NCBI GenBank assembly: GCA_030538475.1
Contig: JAUNTX010000009.1
Span: 9,618 to 73,617, forward strand
Origin: Dermabacter sp.
GTDB taxonomy: Bacteria > Actinomycetota > Actinomycetes > Actinomycetales > Dermabacteraceae
DNA length: 64,000 nt
Reading direction: 5' to 3'
The translations under genes were made by a program, and so were the position numbers. Positions 34,475 through 43,819 of the stretch are shown here, in pieces. The first letter of the stretch is position 1. The number at the start of each line of letters is the position of its first letter. Under the pieces are notes generated by a model that was given only the letters and a program-made list of their open reading frames with translations, was not told the DNA's origin and searched no databases.

Positions 34475-34509
34475 GCCGCTCCGTCGCTCGCCTCGCCGTA
34501 TCGTGGGTC

Positions 34510-35379
34510 TTATACCGCGCTCAGGGCCGCGGCCTCGTGCCCCGTCGAGGCATACAGGTGCAGAAGGCGCTCGACCTCTGACTGGACCGCGCGATTGGCG
34601 GGGGCGATGTAGGCGCGGGGGTCCACGACGCCTGGCCGGGAATGGAGCATGTCGGCCAGCGTCTTGGTGAAGAGCGCATTGAGATGCGTGGAGACGTTAA
34701 TTTTCGTCATCCCCGCCGCGATGGCATCCACCATGCCCGCATCACTCACCCCGGACGAGCCGTGCAGGACGAGGGGGACGGCGAGGCTCTCCGACAGGGC
34801 GGAGATGAGGCGCGTGTCGAGTTGTGCCGAGCGTTCCGTCATGGCGTGGGAGCTTCCTACGGCTACGGCGAGAAGATCGACGCCGGTCTCGTCGACGAAG
34901 GCGCGAGCCTCGTCGGGGCTGGTGCGCGCGCCCGGGGCGTGCACGCCGTCTTTGCCTCCCACCTCGCCGAGTTCGGCCTCGACGCTCAGGCCCTCGGCAT
35001 GGCACATGGTAACGACGAGCGCCGTGGTGCGGACGTTGGTGCGGTAGTCCAGGCGTGAGCCGTCGAACATGACCGAGGAAAACCCGAGCGCGATGGCGTC
35101 TCTGATGAGTCCCAGGTCGTCGGCGTGGTCGAGGTGGACCACGACGGGCACGGAAGCCGCGTCGGCAATCGCCAGAGTGGCCTTCCCGAGCGGAGCGAGG
35201 GCACCCCCGTGGAAGGCGACAGCGTTCTGGCTGATCTGTAGGACGATGGGGAGGCCGGAGGACTCCGCGGCTCGGACCAGGGTCTCGGCGGTCTCGATCT
35301 GAACGACGTTGAAGGCGCCGAGCCCGATCTGCTGTCGCTGCGCGAGCTGTGCAAGGGTGGACAGTGGTGCGAGGGGCAT
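34510..35379 (-). CDS. Class II ketose-bisphosphate aldolase (tagatose-1,6-bisphosphate aldolase GatY/KbaY-like)
   Basis: GAFNVVQIETAETLVRAAESSGLPIVLQISQN…VVVHLDHADD…LHGSSG is the class II FBA/TBP aldolase family. Confidence 0.8.
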   Translation of the reverse strand: MPLAPLSTLAQLAQRQQIGLGAFNVVQIETAETLVRAAESSGLPIVLQISQNAVAFHGGALAPLGKATLAIADAASVPVVVHLDHADDLGLIRDAIALGFSSVMFDGSRLDYRTNVRTTALVVTMCHAEGLSVEAELGEVGGKDGVHAPGARTSPDEARAFVDETGVDLLAVAVGSSHAMTERSAQLDTRLISALSESLAVPLVLHGSSGVSDAGMVDAIAAGMTKINVSTHLNALFTKTLADMLHSRPGVVDPRAYIAPANRAVQSEVERLLHLYASTGHEAAALSAV

Positions 35380-35400
35380 GGTGAGGCTCTTTCTGACGAA

Positions 35401-36345
35401 TTAGGAGGAGAGGGTGACGAGGGGGAGCAGCCGTTCGTAGGTCGGATCGTCGATCAGGCCGGCCACGGGGGCCGCGACCGCCGCGCCAGAGCGCGCCACG
35501 GCCGAGGCCAGCATCGACGTCCAGTCCTCGGCGCCACCGGCGAGGTCGTGGGCGAGGCTCGCCACGACCGCGTCTCCGGCGCCGGTGGCGTTACCGACGA
35601 TGACCTCTCCCGGTCGGGCCCAGAGGGGGCGGCGCGCTGATGCGCGCCCGCGCGGGGCGGGAAAGACCCCGAGGCCGCGTTCACCGTCGGACAGCAGCAC
35701 GCTGACATCGCCGATCGATTGCAGCGCGCGGACGCCCTCGTCGATGGTGGTGGTGCCCGTGGCCTCGAGCAGTTCGGCGCGATTGGGCTTGAGGATCGAG
35801 GCGCCAGCGGCCGCTGCCGCGAGCAAGAGGGGGCCGGACGTGTCCACGATGACCGTTGCCCCGCCCGCGCGGGCGGCGGCAATGACCTGGCTGAACTGTT
35901 CGCCGGTGGCGTTTTGGGGGAGCGATCCGCTAATGGCCACGACGGCGTGGGTGGCACTCAGCGACTCGACGGTGGAGGCCAAGGAGTCCCACGCCGCTTG
36001 GGCCAAAGGGGCACCGGGTTCGTTGAGGAGCAGCCCCGCGCGGTCATCCACCAGAGTGGTCGTGCGGCGTGTTTCTTCGGCTACCTCCACCCACGCCTGC
36101 GTGATGCGTGGATCCAGGAGGTCCTGAAGCATGTGCCCCGTGTGGCCCCCGATGAAGCCGGTGACACTCGTGTCGGTGCCGAGTTGGCGGGCCACCGACG
36201 CCACATTCACGCCCTTGCCTCCGGCACGCGTGGTGACCCGGTGGACTCGGTGGACCTCGTACGGGGTGAGCCGGTCGATGTCGTACGTGATGTCCAGGGC
36301 TGGGTTACACGTGACGGTCAGGATCTTGGCGCCTGCGGGAGTCAT
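35401..36345 (-). CDS. PfkB-family sugar-phosphate kinase (tagatose-6-phosphate / 1-phosphofructokinase-like)
   Basis: ILTVTCNPALDITY…RAGGKGVNVA…, PfkB signature GAGDA. Confidence 0.8.
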   Translation of the reverse strand: MTPAGAKILTVTCNPALDITYDIDRLTPYEVHRVHRVTTRAGGKGVNVASVARQLGTDTSVTGFIGGHTGHMLQDLLDPRITQAWVEVAEETRRTTTLVDDRAGLLLNEPGAPLAQAAWDSLASTVESLSATHAVVAISGSLPQNATGEQFSQVIAAARAGGATVIVDTSGPLLLAAAAAGASILKPNRAELLEATGTTTIDEGVRALQSIGDVSVLLSDGERGLGVFPAPRGRASARRPLWARPGEVIVGNATGAGDAVVASLAHDLAGGAEDWTSMLASAVARSGAAVAAPVAGLIDDPTYERLLPLVTLSS

Positions 36346-37388
36346 GCCGATTCACCCCCGATGCGGTAGAGGGCCTTGAGGATGCTCCCGGAGCCGTGGC
36401 GAATATCGAGAAAGGGCTGTGGACCATCGTCGAGGGAGTATTCGGCGGAGATCAGCCGATCGATGGAGTCGCGGTTGTTCTTGATGAACGCCATGGCCCA
36501 GGTCCACTCGTGACCCGGGAATGGCGCCGAGTAGCTCATCCAATAGCCTTTGATCGTCAGCTCTTTGCGGAGAATCGACTCGAACTCCGACGCCTCGAAG
36601 CTGACCCTCGAGTGCGCCGTGCCCACGAGCGCCACCCGTCCTCCTCTGCGTGTGTGGGTGATGGCTTGGACCTGGGTGGATGGGTGGCCAGCGATTTCAA
36701 TGCTGAGCTGTGGCCACCGTGTGCGCTCGAAGTGCTCGCGGGCGGCTTCTCCCGTATTGGTCACGATGGACGTCGCCCCGAACTCCTTCGCGAGCGCGAG
36801 CCGCTCGGGGGAAATGTCGACCGCGGTCACGGATCGGGCGCCGTTCGCCGTCAGCACGGCTATCGCGAGCAGGCCGATGACGCCGGTTCCGAAGACGGCC
36901 GCGTCCACCCCGTCGATCTGCTGCAGGTCGCCGAGGCAGTGCAGCGCGATGCTGAGTGGCTCGATGAGCGCCGCGTGGCGCAGCGACACGCCTTCGGGTA
37001 GGACGAGGCAGTTGCGGGCGGGAACGCACACGTACTCGGCGAAGGCGCCCTGGCGGCGGGAGCCGATAAAGGAGTAGGTGGGGCACAGCGATGGCCGACC
37101 CTCCATGCACGCAGCGCACGTGCCACACGGCACGAGGGGGGCCACGCATACCCGATCACCCACGCGGGGGCTCCTCACACCCTCTCCGAGCGCCTGAACA
37201 CGCCCGGAGAATTCGTGGCCGAGCACCTGGCCGCGTGAGCGGACGGCGCCGTCAAAGTACCGAGGAAAGTCCGATCCGCACATGCCCGCATAGGCGACGG
37301 CGATGAGGACCTCACCCGGGCCAGGTGACGGGACGGGAATATCGACCAGGTCCATGATCCCGGGGCCATTAATCGCGAGAGCCTTCAT
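36342..37388 (-). CDS. Zinc-dependent alcohol dehydrogenase (galactitol-1-phosphate 5-dehydrogenase GatD-like)
   Basis: GEVLIAVAYAGMCGSDFPRYFDG…GHEFSGRV (zinc-binding) and GTGVIGLLAIA (Rossmann fold). Confidence 0.8.
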   Translation of the reverse strand: MKALAINGPGIMDLVDIPVPSPGPGEVLIAVAYAGMCGSDFPRYFDGAVRSRGQVLGHEFSGRVQALGEGVRSPRVGDRVCVAPLVPCGTCAACMEGRPSLCPTYSFIGSRRQGAFAEYVCVPARNCLVLPEGVSLRHAALIEPLSIALHCLGDLQQIDGVDAAVFGTGVIGLLAIAVLTANGARSVTAVDISPERLALAKEFGATSIVTNTGEAAREHFERTRWPQLSIEIAGHPSTQVQAITHTRRGGRVALVGTAHSRVSFEASEFESILRKELTIKGYWMSYSAPFPGHEWTWAMAFIKNNRDSIDRLISAEYSLDDGPQPFLDIRHGSGSILKALYRIGGESA

Positions 37389-37394
37389 CGTGGA

Positions 37395-38765
37395 TCACCG
37401 CTCCTTCGTGGTCTCTGCCGCGGGCGCGTAGGCGGGCCGGTAGATGCGGCCACGCTTGTAGGCGACGAAGGTGTAGACGAACGACGCCACGTAGAGAACC
37501 AGAATGATGGCAAATCCGAGGCCCATCTCGAGCGTGATTCCTCGAGCCAGCAGGTAGGTGATCGGCGCGCCGCCCTGGTCGAGCGAGGTGAGGGACTTTG
37601 CGTCACCGAGCAGGCCGACGTTGCTGGCCAGCTGCGTGTGCAGCGCGATCATCTGGTTGGAGATCCAGATGGTCATGGCCATGATGACGGATCCCGAGAT
37701 CAGGGTGCGGAAGATGTTGCCCGAGTGGAGGGCCACAGCCATGGCAATAAAGAACCCGATGGTGGCCAGATCGCCGAAGGGCAAGACCTGGTTGCCGGGA
37801 ACGATCACGGCGAGAACGATCGTGATGGGGACGAACAGGATGCCCGCGGAGACCACTTGCGGATCGCCGAGGAGCAGTGCCGGGTCGAGCCCGATGCGGT
37901 AGTCCGAGCTCTTGAACCGCTTCTGCAGCATCTGCTTGGCCGCATCCGCGATGGGCAGGAGGCTCTGCATGATGAGCTTGACCACCATGGGCATCAGGAG
38001 CATGACCGCTCCCATGGCGACACCCAGCTGGAGGGATGGGCCCACGCCGTAGCCGGCGAGGAGGCCGACGATGAGGCCAAGGATCGTGCCCACCACGAGG
38101 GGCTGGCCGAAAGGACCGAGGTATTTCTCGAGCTTGTCGGTCGTGAGCGTGATGTTCCGGATCCCGGGAATCTTGTCGATGGCATCATCGATGGGCTTGG
38201 CGATGACGCCCATGTACGCCGCCGTGCCGTGGGGAATGGCGACGCCCTCGAGTCCGAAGTACTCGTCGGTCGCCTGCCCGTACATGTCACCGAGCTTGTA
38301 GGCGAGGGCGGAGTGCACCACGATCCCGACGATGGCCCACCAGTAGCTTCCGGTGGCGATCTGCACGATGGCGCCGGTGAAGGCGAAGTGCCAGATGTTC
38401 CAGATGTCGACGTTGACCACGCGCGTCATCTTGGTCACGAGCATCACGATGTTGGTGAGGATCGCGACGGGGATGGCGAGCAGGCCCATGCTCGAGGCCC
38501 AGGCCATCGGGGAGGAGCCGGGCCACCCGATATCGACCACGTTCAGGCCCACGTTGAAACGCTCGGCCATCGCCTCTGCCGCCGGGCCAAGGTTCGAGGT
38601 GAGGAGTCCGACGACGAGCCCGATGCCGACGAAACCGACGCCGATGGTGAGGCCCGAGACAAGAGATTTGCCGAAGCCTCGCCGGAGGCAGAGGCCGATG
38701 ATGAAGATGACCAGGGGGAGCATGACGCTCGGCCCGAGATCGACGATGTACTGGATGGCTTCCAT
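37395..38765 (-). CDS. PTS galactitol-specific EIIC component
   Basis: MEAIQYIVDLGPSVMLPLVIFIIGL… multi-pass membrane protein typical of the GatC family. Confidence 0.85.
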   Translation of the reverse strand: MEAIQYIVDLGPSVMLPLVIFIIGLCLRRGFGKSLVSGLTIGVGFVGIGLVVGLLTSNLGPAAEAMAERFNVGLNVVDIGWPGSSPMAWASSMGLLAIPVAILTNIVMLVTKMTRVVNVDIWNIWHFAFTGAIVQIATGSYWWAIVGIVVHSALAYKLGDMYGQATDEYFGLEGVAIPHGTAAYMGVIAKPIDDAIDKIPGIRNITLTTDKLEKYLGPFGQPLVVGTILGLIVGLLAGYGVGPSLQLGVAMGAVMLLMPMVVKLIMQSLLPIADAAKQMLQKRFKSSDYRIGLDPALLLGDPQVVSAGILFVPITIVLAVIVPGNQVLPFGDLATIGFFIAMAVALHSGNIFRTLISGSVIMAMTIWISNQMIALHTQLASNVGLLGDAKSLTSLDQGGAPITYLLARGITLEMGLGFAIILVLYVASFVYTFVAYKRGRIYRPAYAPAAETTKER

Positions 38766-38932
38766 GAGGGTGTCCCTGTGACTCGTAGTTTTTGGGTGTG
38801 CTTCGCCCCGCTTAGTACTCGGGGAGTAAAAAGCGTGCAGGGGGTGTGGTGGAGGGAGGTGCGCTGTGTCAGCGACGGCCGCTGTGGCCGAAAAGGGGGG
38901 GGCGGAGAGGACGGAGGCGCCCCGAGGGGCGT

Positions 38933-39208
38933 CTAGCTCAGTGCCTCGATGATGCGGGCCTCAGTGGCCTCGACATTGATTCCTGAAATGAAGGCGAGGC
39001 CGTGCACGACAGGAACCGGGTACTCCTTGTGGATTTTCGCGGTCGTGACGATGAGGTCTACGGTGTCCGCATAGGAGTCAAGTTCGCCGATCCTTGCTTG
39101 GAAGACATCGACGGGGATGGAGTGTTCGGCGCACAGCTCCCGAACTCTATTGGCTGCCACGGTTGACGTCGCAACCGCACCGCCACACGCAACAACGATC
39201 TTTTTCAT
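38933..39208 (-). CDS. PTS galactitol-family EIIB component
   Basis: MKKIVVACGGAVATSTV… (phospho-Cys at CGG), 91 aa. Confidence 0.8.
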   Translation of the reverse strand: MKKIVVACGGAVATSTVAANRVRELCAEHSIPVDVFQARIGELDSYADTVDLIVTTAKIHKEYPVPVVHGLAFISGINVEATEARIIEALS

Positions 39209-39244
39209 GGTGGATTCTCCTGTGATCCGAGTGTCCTCAGTGCT

Positions 39245-39712
39245 CTAGTGATGCCGTGAGGAGGTGAGAGGGGCGAGGGCCCGGTGGGCGTCTTCGGGGG
39301 AGTGGGCCGAGAGGAGTTGAGCGCGAACGTCGCTGTCCTGAAGCGCACCGATCAATCGCTGGAGGGTCGCGAGGTGGTCGTCGGCTGAGGAGAGCACAAG
39401 GAAGATGACGAGGCTCGCGCTGATGGTGTCGTTCTCACCGCCGCCCATCTCGTTGAAGGTGAGTGGAGGCTCCGGGCGCACCAGCACCAGCGCGTTGTCG
39501 ATAACGTGTTCAGCGCTCGTGTGCGGGATGGCGACGCCGCCGGGAATCGGGAGGCCCGTGGGGTATTCACTCTCGCGCTCGTTGAGCGCGGTGATGTAGG
39601 TATCGCGAACGATCCCGTCGGCGATGAGCTGGGTGCCGACGTGGTCGAAAAGCTCTTCCTTGCTGGCGAACGTGCGCTGTTGGCACACGATGATGCGAGG
39701 CGTCGATGTCAT
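39245..39712 (-). CDS. PTS EIIA component (mannitol/fructose/galactitol EIIA family)
   Basis: PTGLPIPGGVAIPHTSAEHV (active-site His region). Confidence 0.8.
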   Translation of the reverse strand: MTSTPRIIVCQQRTFASKEELFDHVGTQLIADGIVRDTYITALNERESEYPTGLPIPGGVAIPHTSAEHVIDNALVLVRPEPPLTFNEMGGGENDTISASLVIFLVLSSADDHLATLQRLIGALQDSDVRAQLLSAHSPEDAHRALAPLTSSRHH

Positions 39713-40482
39713 GATGTGGCTCCGGCTGCTTGAGTGAGGTGTGGGTGGTCGAGGGCATCGACGATGGAGGGGTCAATATCGGCGATGGAATCCGTGAGGA
39801 TCTCGGTGAACTCCGTTGCGGTGGCGACGGTGTGTGGGGCAATGACCCCAAACTTGGTGTGATCGGCGAGCAAGATGGAGGTTCCGCACTGCCGCATGGC
39901 TGCCGCCGAGACGTGAGTCTCTTCCATATGCGGGTTGGTGACCCCGGCACGCGGGTGGATACCAGCGCAGCCGAAGAAGCCCAGGTCCATGTTGAGCATC
40001 GCGAGGTTGCGCAGGGTGGGCGCACCGTACAGGGACTGTTCGTTGGCGCGGATCTTCCCACCCGGCAGGATGGTCGTGATGTGCGCCGAATCGGCGAGGA
40101 GCGAGGCGATCGGGAACGAGTTGGTGATGACGGTGAGTTCGGGTTGCGCGAGGAGGGATCGCGCGAGCACGTAGTTCGTGGACCCGTAGTCAAGAAAGAT
40201 GGTCATCCCGGGCTCCACGAGGGCGGCCGCGTGGGAGGCGATGGCCTGCTTCTCGCTGAGCTGGCTCGCACGGCGCGCATGATAGGCGCTTTCGGGTGCG
40301 GTGACCTTGCCGACCGCGCCGCCGCGTACCTGCGTGAGGAGGCCCTGTTCGTCGAGGGCCTGGAGGTCCTTGCGAACCGTTTCTCGGCTGGCGCCCAGCT
40401 CTTTGCTGAGTTCGGCAATCTGTACGCTGTCCCGTTCGTCGAGGACGGCGAGGATGCGCTGGCGGCGTTCACCATGTCTCAT
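39709..40482 (-). CDS. DeoR-family transcriptional regulator (GatR-like)
   Basis: N-terminal HTH QRILAVLDERDSVQIAELSKELGASRETVRKDL and C-terminal DeoR sugar-binding domain. Confidence 0.85.
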   Translation of the reverse strand: MRHGERRQRILAVLDERDSVQIAELSKELGASRETVRKDLQALDEQGLLTQVRGGAVGKVTAPESAYHARRASQLSEKQAIASHAAALVEPGMTIFLDYGSTNYVLARSLLAQPELTVITNSFPIASLLADSAHITTILPGGKIRANEQSLYGAPTLRNLAMLNMDLGFFGCAGIHPRAGVTNPHMEETHVSAAAMRQCGTSILLADHTKFGVIAPHTVATATEFTEILTDSIADIDPSIVDALDHPHLTQAAGATS

Positions 40483-40520
40483 GGGTGGTCCTTTGTCGCG
40501 CTGGAGTGGCTACGCGCACT

Positions 40521-40635
40521 AGTTTGGCAAACGCCAAGCGCAATGTCAAGCTCTATGCGCAGATTGCCAGAAGATTCGAGGTTCTAGCCGCATTCGCATG
40601 GCAAGCGCCAAGGTTGCTACTTGGCGGATGGCAGG
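40521..40635 (-). promoter_or_regulatory. Promoter/operator region of the gat operon with repeated TGGC-N4-GCCA palindromes
   Basis: TTGGCAAACGCCAAG (40523-40537), TGGCAAGCGCCAAGG (40599-40613), TTGGCGGATGGCA (40621-40633). Confidence 0.35.
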
Positions 40636-41195
40636 CCCTGGCCCGTATCGCCACCCATGAGGTTCCGACGGACGCCGATGTCGGGCCCCGTGGGCCGCGC
40701 GGGAGCGCCGGGCGGGCGAAACAGCGCGGCCGCGGGGGAGTCCTTCGGCAGAAGAGGCGGGGCCGACGGTCCCGCGGAGGTGGCGGGGCGGCTCGTGGGA
40801 GCGCACGCGTTCGTGGGCTGGGACGGGGTGGAGGCCGGGGTGTCGGCGAGGCGCCGCACCTTCTGTTCGCTCGGGTAGGCGTACATGCCGAAGATTTCCC
40901 CGGCCATGAGCGTGATCGGTAGGGCCGCGTCGCCGTTGATCTCGAGGATCTCGGCCACGCTTGTGCAGTCGGCAAACGCCCAATCGTCGGCCCCACGGGC
41001 ATACACGTGGACCGGGTAGCCGTCGGCCTGGAGCCTGCCGACGGCCTCCAGGAGGTCGGCGTGCTCGCGCGCGTCCTCGGAGCCTGCTGGTGGGGGAGGG
41101 CCCACGAAGATGTCAACGGTGTTGCGTTCGGGTGAGGATTCTGCCGCCACCGCCACGCTCCTTTCTGGTTCGGCGCACCTCGTGCGCGTGCTCAC
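40617..41195 (-). CDS. ArsD-like (thioredoxin-fold) protein lacking the metal-binding cysteines, with a Pro/Ala-rich disordered C-terminus
   Basis: VDIFVGPPPPAGSE…LQADGYPVHVYARGADDWAFADCTSVAEILEINGDAALPITLMAGEIFGMYAYPSEQKVRRLA aligns with ArsD (MVFDPAMCCSTGVCG…GLPLLLLDGETVMAGRYPKRAEL) but CCSTGVC is replaced by PPPPAGS. The exact start is uncertain. Confidence 0.45.
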   Translation of the reverse strand: MSTRTRCAEPERSVAVAAESSPERNTVDIFVGPPPPAGSEDAREHADLLEAVGRLQADGYPVHVYARGADDWAFADCTSVAEILEINGDAALPITLMAGEIFGMYAYPSEQKVRRLADTPASTPSQPTNACAPTSRPATSAGPSAPPLLPKDSPAAALFRPPGAPARPTGPDIGVRRNLMGGDTGQGLPSAK

Positions 41196-41207
41196 GGAGG
41201 GCGGGGT

Positions 41208-43763
41208 CTAGCGCCACGGGGCCTTCGCCACGTCGCCCACGTACTCGACGGCGAGGACCAGTTCACCGGCCTCGTCGGTGGCCTTCAGGTCCACGACGGC
41301 CTGGATCACGAAGTCGTTGTTCTCCTCGGGGTCCATGACGATCTGGCTCACGAGCCAGCGCGTGGATTCCTGCTCGATCCTGAGGTAGCGGGGCAGGCGC
41401 GCGCGATCCTCGGTGACCACGTGATCGTAGGCGTCGTAGAACTCGTCCATCGCATCGGCCCAGCGCTCCGTCGTGAACCCGTCGGCCCCATCCAGCGCCC
41501 CGAGGCGCTCCTCGCGCTCGAACGCAAAGTCCTCGACGCGGCGCCACATGGCGGCGCGGACCATCTGGGTGAGCACCCGGGTCTGGGCGCTCAGGGCGCG
41601 CGGCGAATCGGGCCTGATCTCGCTCGCCGCATCGCCGTCGGAGTCCGGGTGGGAGAGCGCCTCCCATTCGTCGAGCAGGGAGGAGTCGATGCCGCGCACG
41701 AGCACTCCGAGCCATTCGATGACCGACTCCAGTTCCTCGGTGCGCAGTTCCACGGGCAGGGTGCGGCGCAGCGCCTGGTAGGCATCGGACAGGTAGCGCA
41801 GCACCACGCCCTCGGAGCGAAGGAGCTGGTAGCGGGAGATGAACTCGCTGAACGTGGAGCCGGTCTCGTAGAACTCGCGCACAATCCGCTTTGGGGAGAG
41901 GTCGTGGACGGACACCCACGGCCGGGCCTTCGCGTAGATCTCGAGCGCCGCCGTCAGCTCCTCCTCGAGCGGGCGCGGCCACGTCACCTGATCCAGCAGC
42001 GTCATCCGCTCCGAATACTCCACCCCTTCGGCCTTCAACTCGGCGAGCAGTTCCCGCTTGGCGGCATTTTGCTGGGCCAGCAGCACCGCGAAGGGATCCT
42101 CGAGGATCGCCTCGATGATCGAGAGGGAATCCATCGTGAGCGTGGGGGAGTCCTCGTCGAGGATGTCGAGCGCCGCGATAGCGAACGGGGCGAGCGGCTG
42201 GTTCATCTGGAAGTCCCACTGCAGATCGTCCACGAGTCGCACGCTGCGGCCGCGGTGATCTGGGGTGTCGAGCACCTCGACGATCTCCGCCTCCTTGAGG
42301 CCGCGGAACAGCTCGAGGGCCTGGCGCTTGAGGGCGAAGCCGTGCGCGCGGCTCTGATGTGAGGCATCGATGAGCCGCCTCGTCGCGGTGGCCGCATTGC
42401 CGGGGCGGGAGATGAGCGCGAGCAGCATCGCGCTCGTGATCCGCATGTGCGGGCGCAGCGCAGGCGGGGGCTGCTCGGTCAGCTTCGCGAGGTTCTCCTC
42501 GCTCCAGTTCACCTCGCCGTCGGGCACGCGCAGCTTCGGCTCGCGCTTTTTCTTCTTCGCACTGTTCGGCGCGGTGCCGCTGCTCGCGCGCGCCAGCACG
42601 CGCGCCTGCTCCTTCTCAAACTCGACCGCCCACGGCGGGGCCTGCACGACCACGTGGCCCACCGTGTCGTAGCCCGCGCGGCCCGCCCGCCCCGCAATCT
42701 GCAGGAACTCGCGCGTATTGAGCACACGCTTGCGCTTGCCGTCGAACTTCGCGAGCGAGGTCAGCAGCACCGTGCGGATCGGCACGTTGATCCCCACGCC
42801 GAGCGTGTCCGTGCCCGCGATGACCTTGAGCAGCCCGGACTGGGCGAGGCGCTCCACGAGCCGCCGATACTTGGGCAGCATCCCCGCGTGGTGGACCCCG
42901 ATGCCTTCGCGCACGAGCTTCGAGAGGATCTGGCCGAACCCCTTGGAGAATCGGAAGTCGCCGATCAGCTCCCGGATCCGCTCCTTTTCCTCCTTGGTGA
43001 GGATCTTGGTGCCCAGCAGCACCTGCGCCTGTTCGAGCGCGTCCTTCTGGGTGAAGTGGACGATGTAGACGGGGGCGTTGTTGGCCTCGAGGATCTCCGC
43101 GATGGTCGTCTCCAAGTCCGTGCGGGCCCAGGTGAAGTCGAGCGGCACGGGGCGGGGAGCATCCGCGATGGTCGAGACGGCGCGGCCCGTGCGCTCGGCC
43201 AGGTCCTCCTCGAAGAACGAGACATCGCCGAGGGTCGCGCTCATGAGGACGAACTGGGTCTGCCCGAGCTCGATGAGGGGCACCTGCCACGCCCACCCGC
43301 GCTCGGCATCGTCGTAGAAGTGGAACTCGTCCATGACCACGAGCCCCACGTCGCTCTCGGGGCCTTCGCGCAGGGCGTGGTTCGCGAGGATTTCGGCGGT
43401 ACACACGATGATTGGCGCCTCGTGGTTGACTGACGAATCGCCGGTCATCATCCCCACGTTCTCGGCGCCGAACATCGCCACGAGGTCAAAGAACTTCTCG
43501 CTCACGAGCGCCTTGATGGGTGCGGTGTAGTACGCTACCTCGCCGCGGGCCATCGCGGCAAAGATCGCCGCGTACGCAATCGTGGTCTTGCCGGAGCCCG
43601 TGGGGGTGGCCGCGATGACGTGATCGCCCGCCGCAATCGCGAGCAGAGCCTCCTCCTGGTGCGGGTACAGGGTGCGGCCCAGGTCGGCCTGGGCGGCCAC
43701 GAATCCCTCCACGATGGCGTCATCGGTGGGAGTGGGCGGAAGGAAAGCGCTCAGCAAAGCCAT
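41208..43763 (-). CDS. DEAD/DEAH-box helicase (Ski2-like, DUF3516-containing actinobacterial helicase)
   Basis: ATPTGSGKT (Walker A), VVMDEFH (DEAH-like), SAT, helicase C domain GIGVHHAGMLP…AGTDTLGVGINVP, and a long C-terminal domain. Confidence 0.85.
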   Translation of the reverse strand: MALLSAFLPPTPTDDAIVEGFVAAQADLGRTLYPHQEEALLAIAAGDHVIAATPTGSGKTTIAYAAIFAAMARGEVAYYTAPIKALVSEKFFDLVAMFGAENVGMMTGDSSVNHEAPIIVCTAEILANHALREGPESDVGLVVMDEFHFYDDAERGWAWQVPLIELGQTQFVLMSATLGDVSFFEEDLAERTGRAVSTIADAPRPVPLDFTWARTDLETTIAEILEANNAPVYIVHFTQKDALEQAQVLLGTKILTKEEKERIRELIGDFRFSKGFGQILSKLVREGIGVHHAGMLPKYRRLVERLAQSGLLKVIAGTDTLGVGINVPIRTVLLTSLAKFDGKRKRVLNTREFLQIAGRAGRAGYDTVGHVVVQAPPWAVEFEKEQARVLARASSGTAPNSAKKKKREPKLRVPDGEVNWSEENLAKLTEQPPPALRPHMRITSAMLLALISRPGNAATATRRLIDASHQSRAHGFALKRQALELFRGLKEAEIVEVLDTPDHRGRSVRLVDDLQWDFQMNQPLAPFAIAALDILDEDSPTLTMDSLSIIEAILEDPFAVLLAQQNAAKRELLAELKAEGVEYSERMTLLDQVTWPRPLEEELTAALEIYAKARPWVSVHDLSPKRIVREFYETGSTFSEFISRYQLLRSEGVVLRYLSDAYQALRRTLPVELRTEELESVIEWLGVLVRGIDSSLLDEWEALSHPDSDGDAASEIRPDSPRALSAQTRVLTQMVRAAMWRRVEDFAFEREERLGALDGADGFTTERWADAMDEFYDAYDHVVTEDRARLPRYLRIEQESTRWLVSQIVMDPEENNDFVIQAVVDLKATDEAGELVLAVEYVGDVAKAPWR

Positions 43764-43819
43764 GCGCTCATTGTTCCAGGTGCGCGACGCGGCCGGGTTC
43801 AGACCCGCGGTACTGACGC

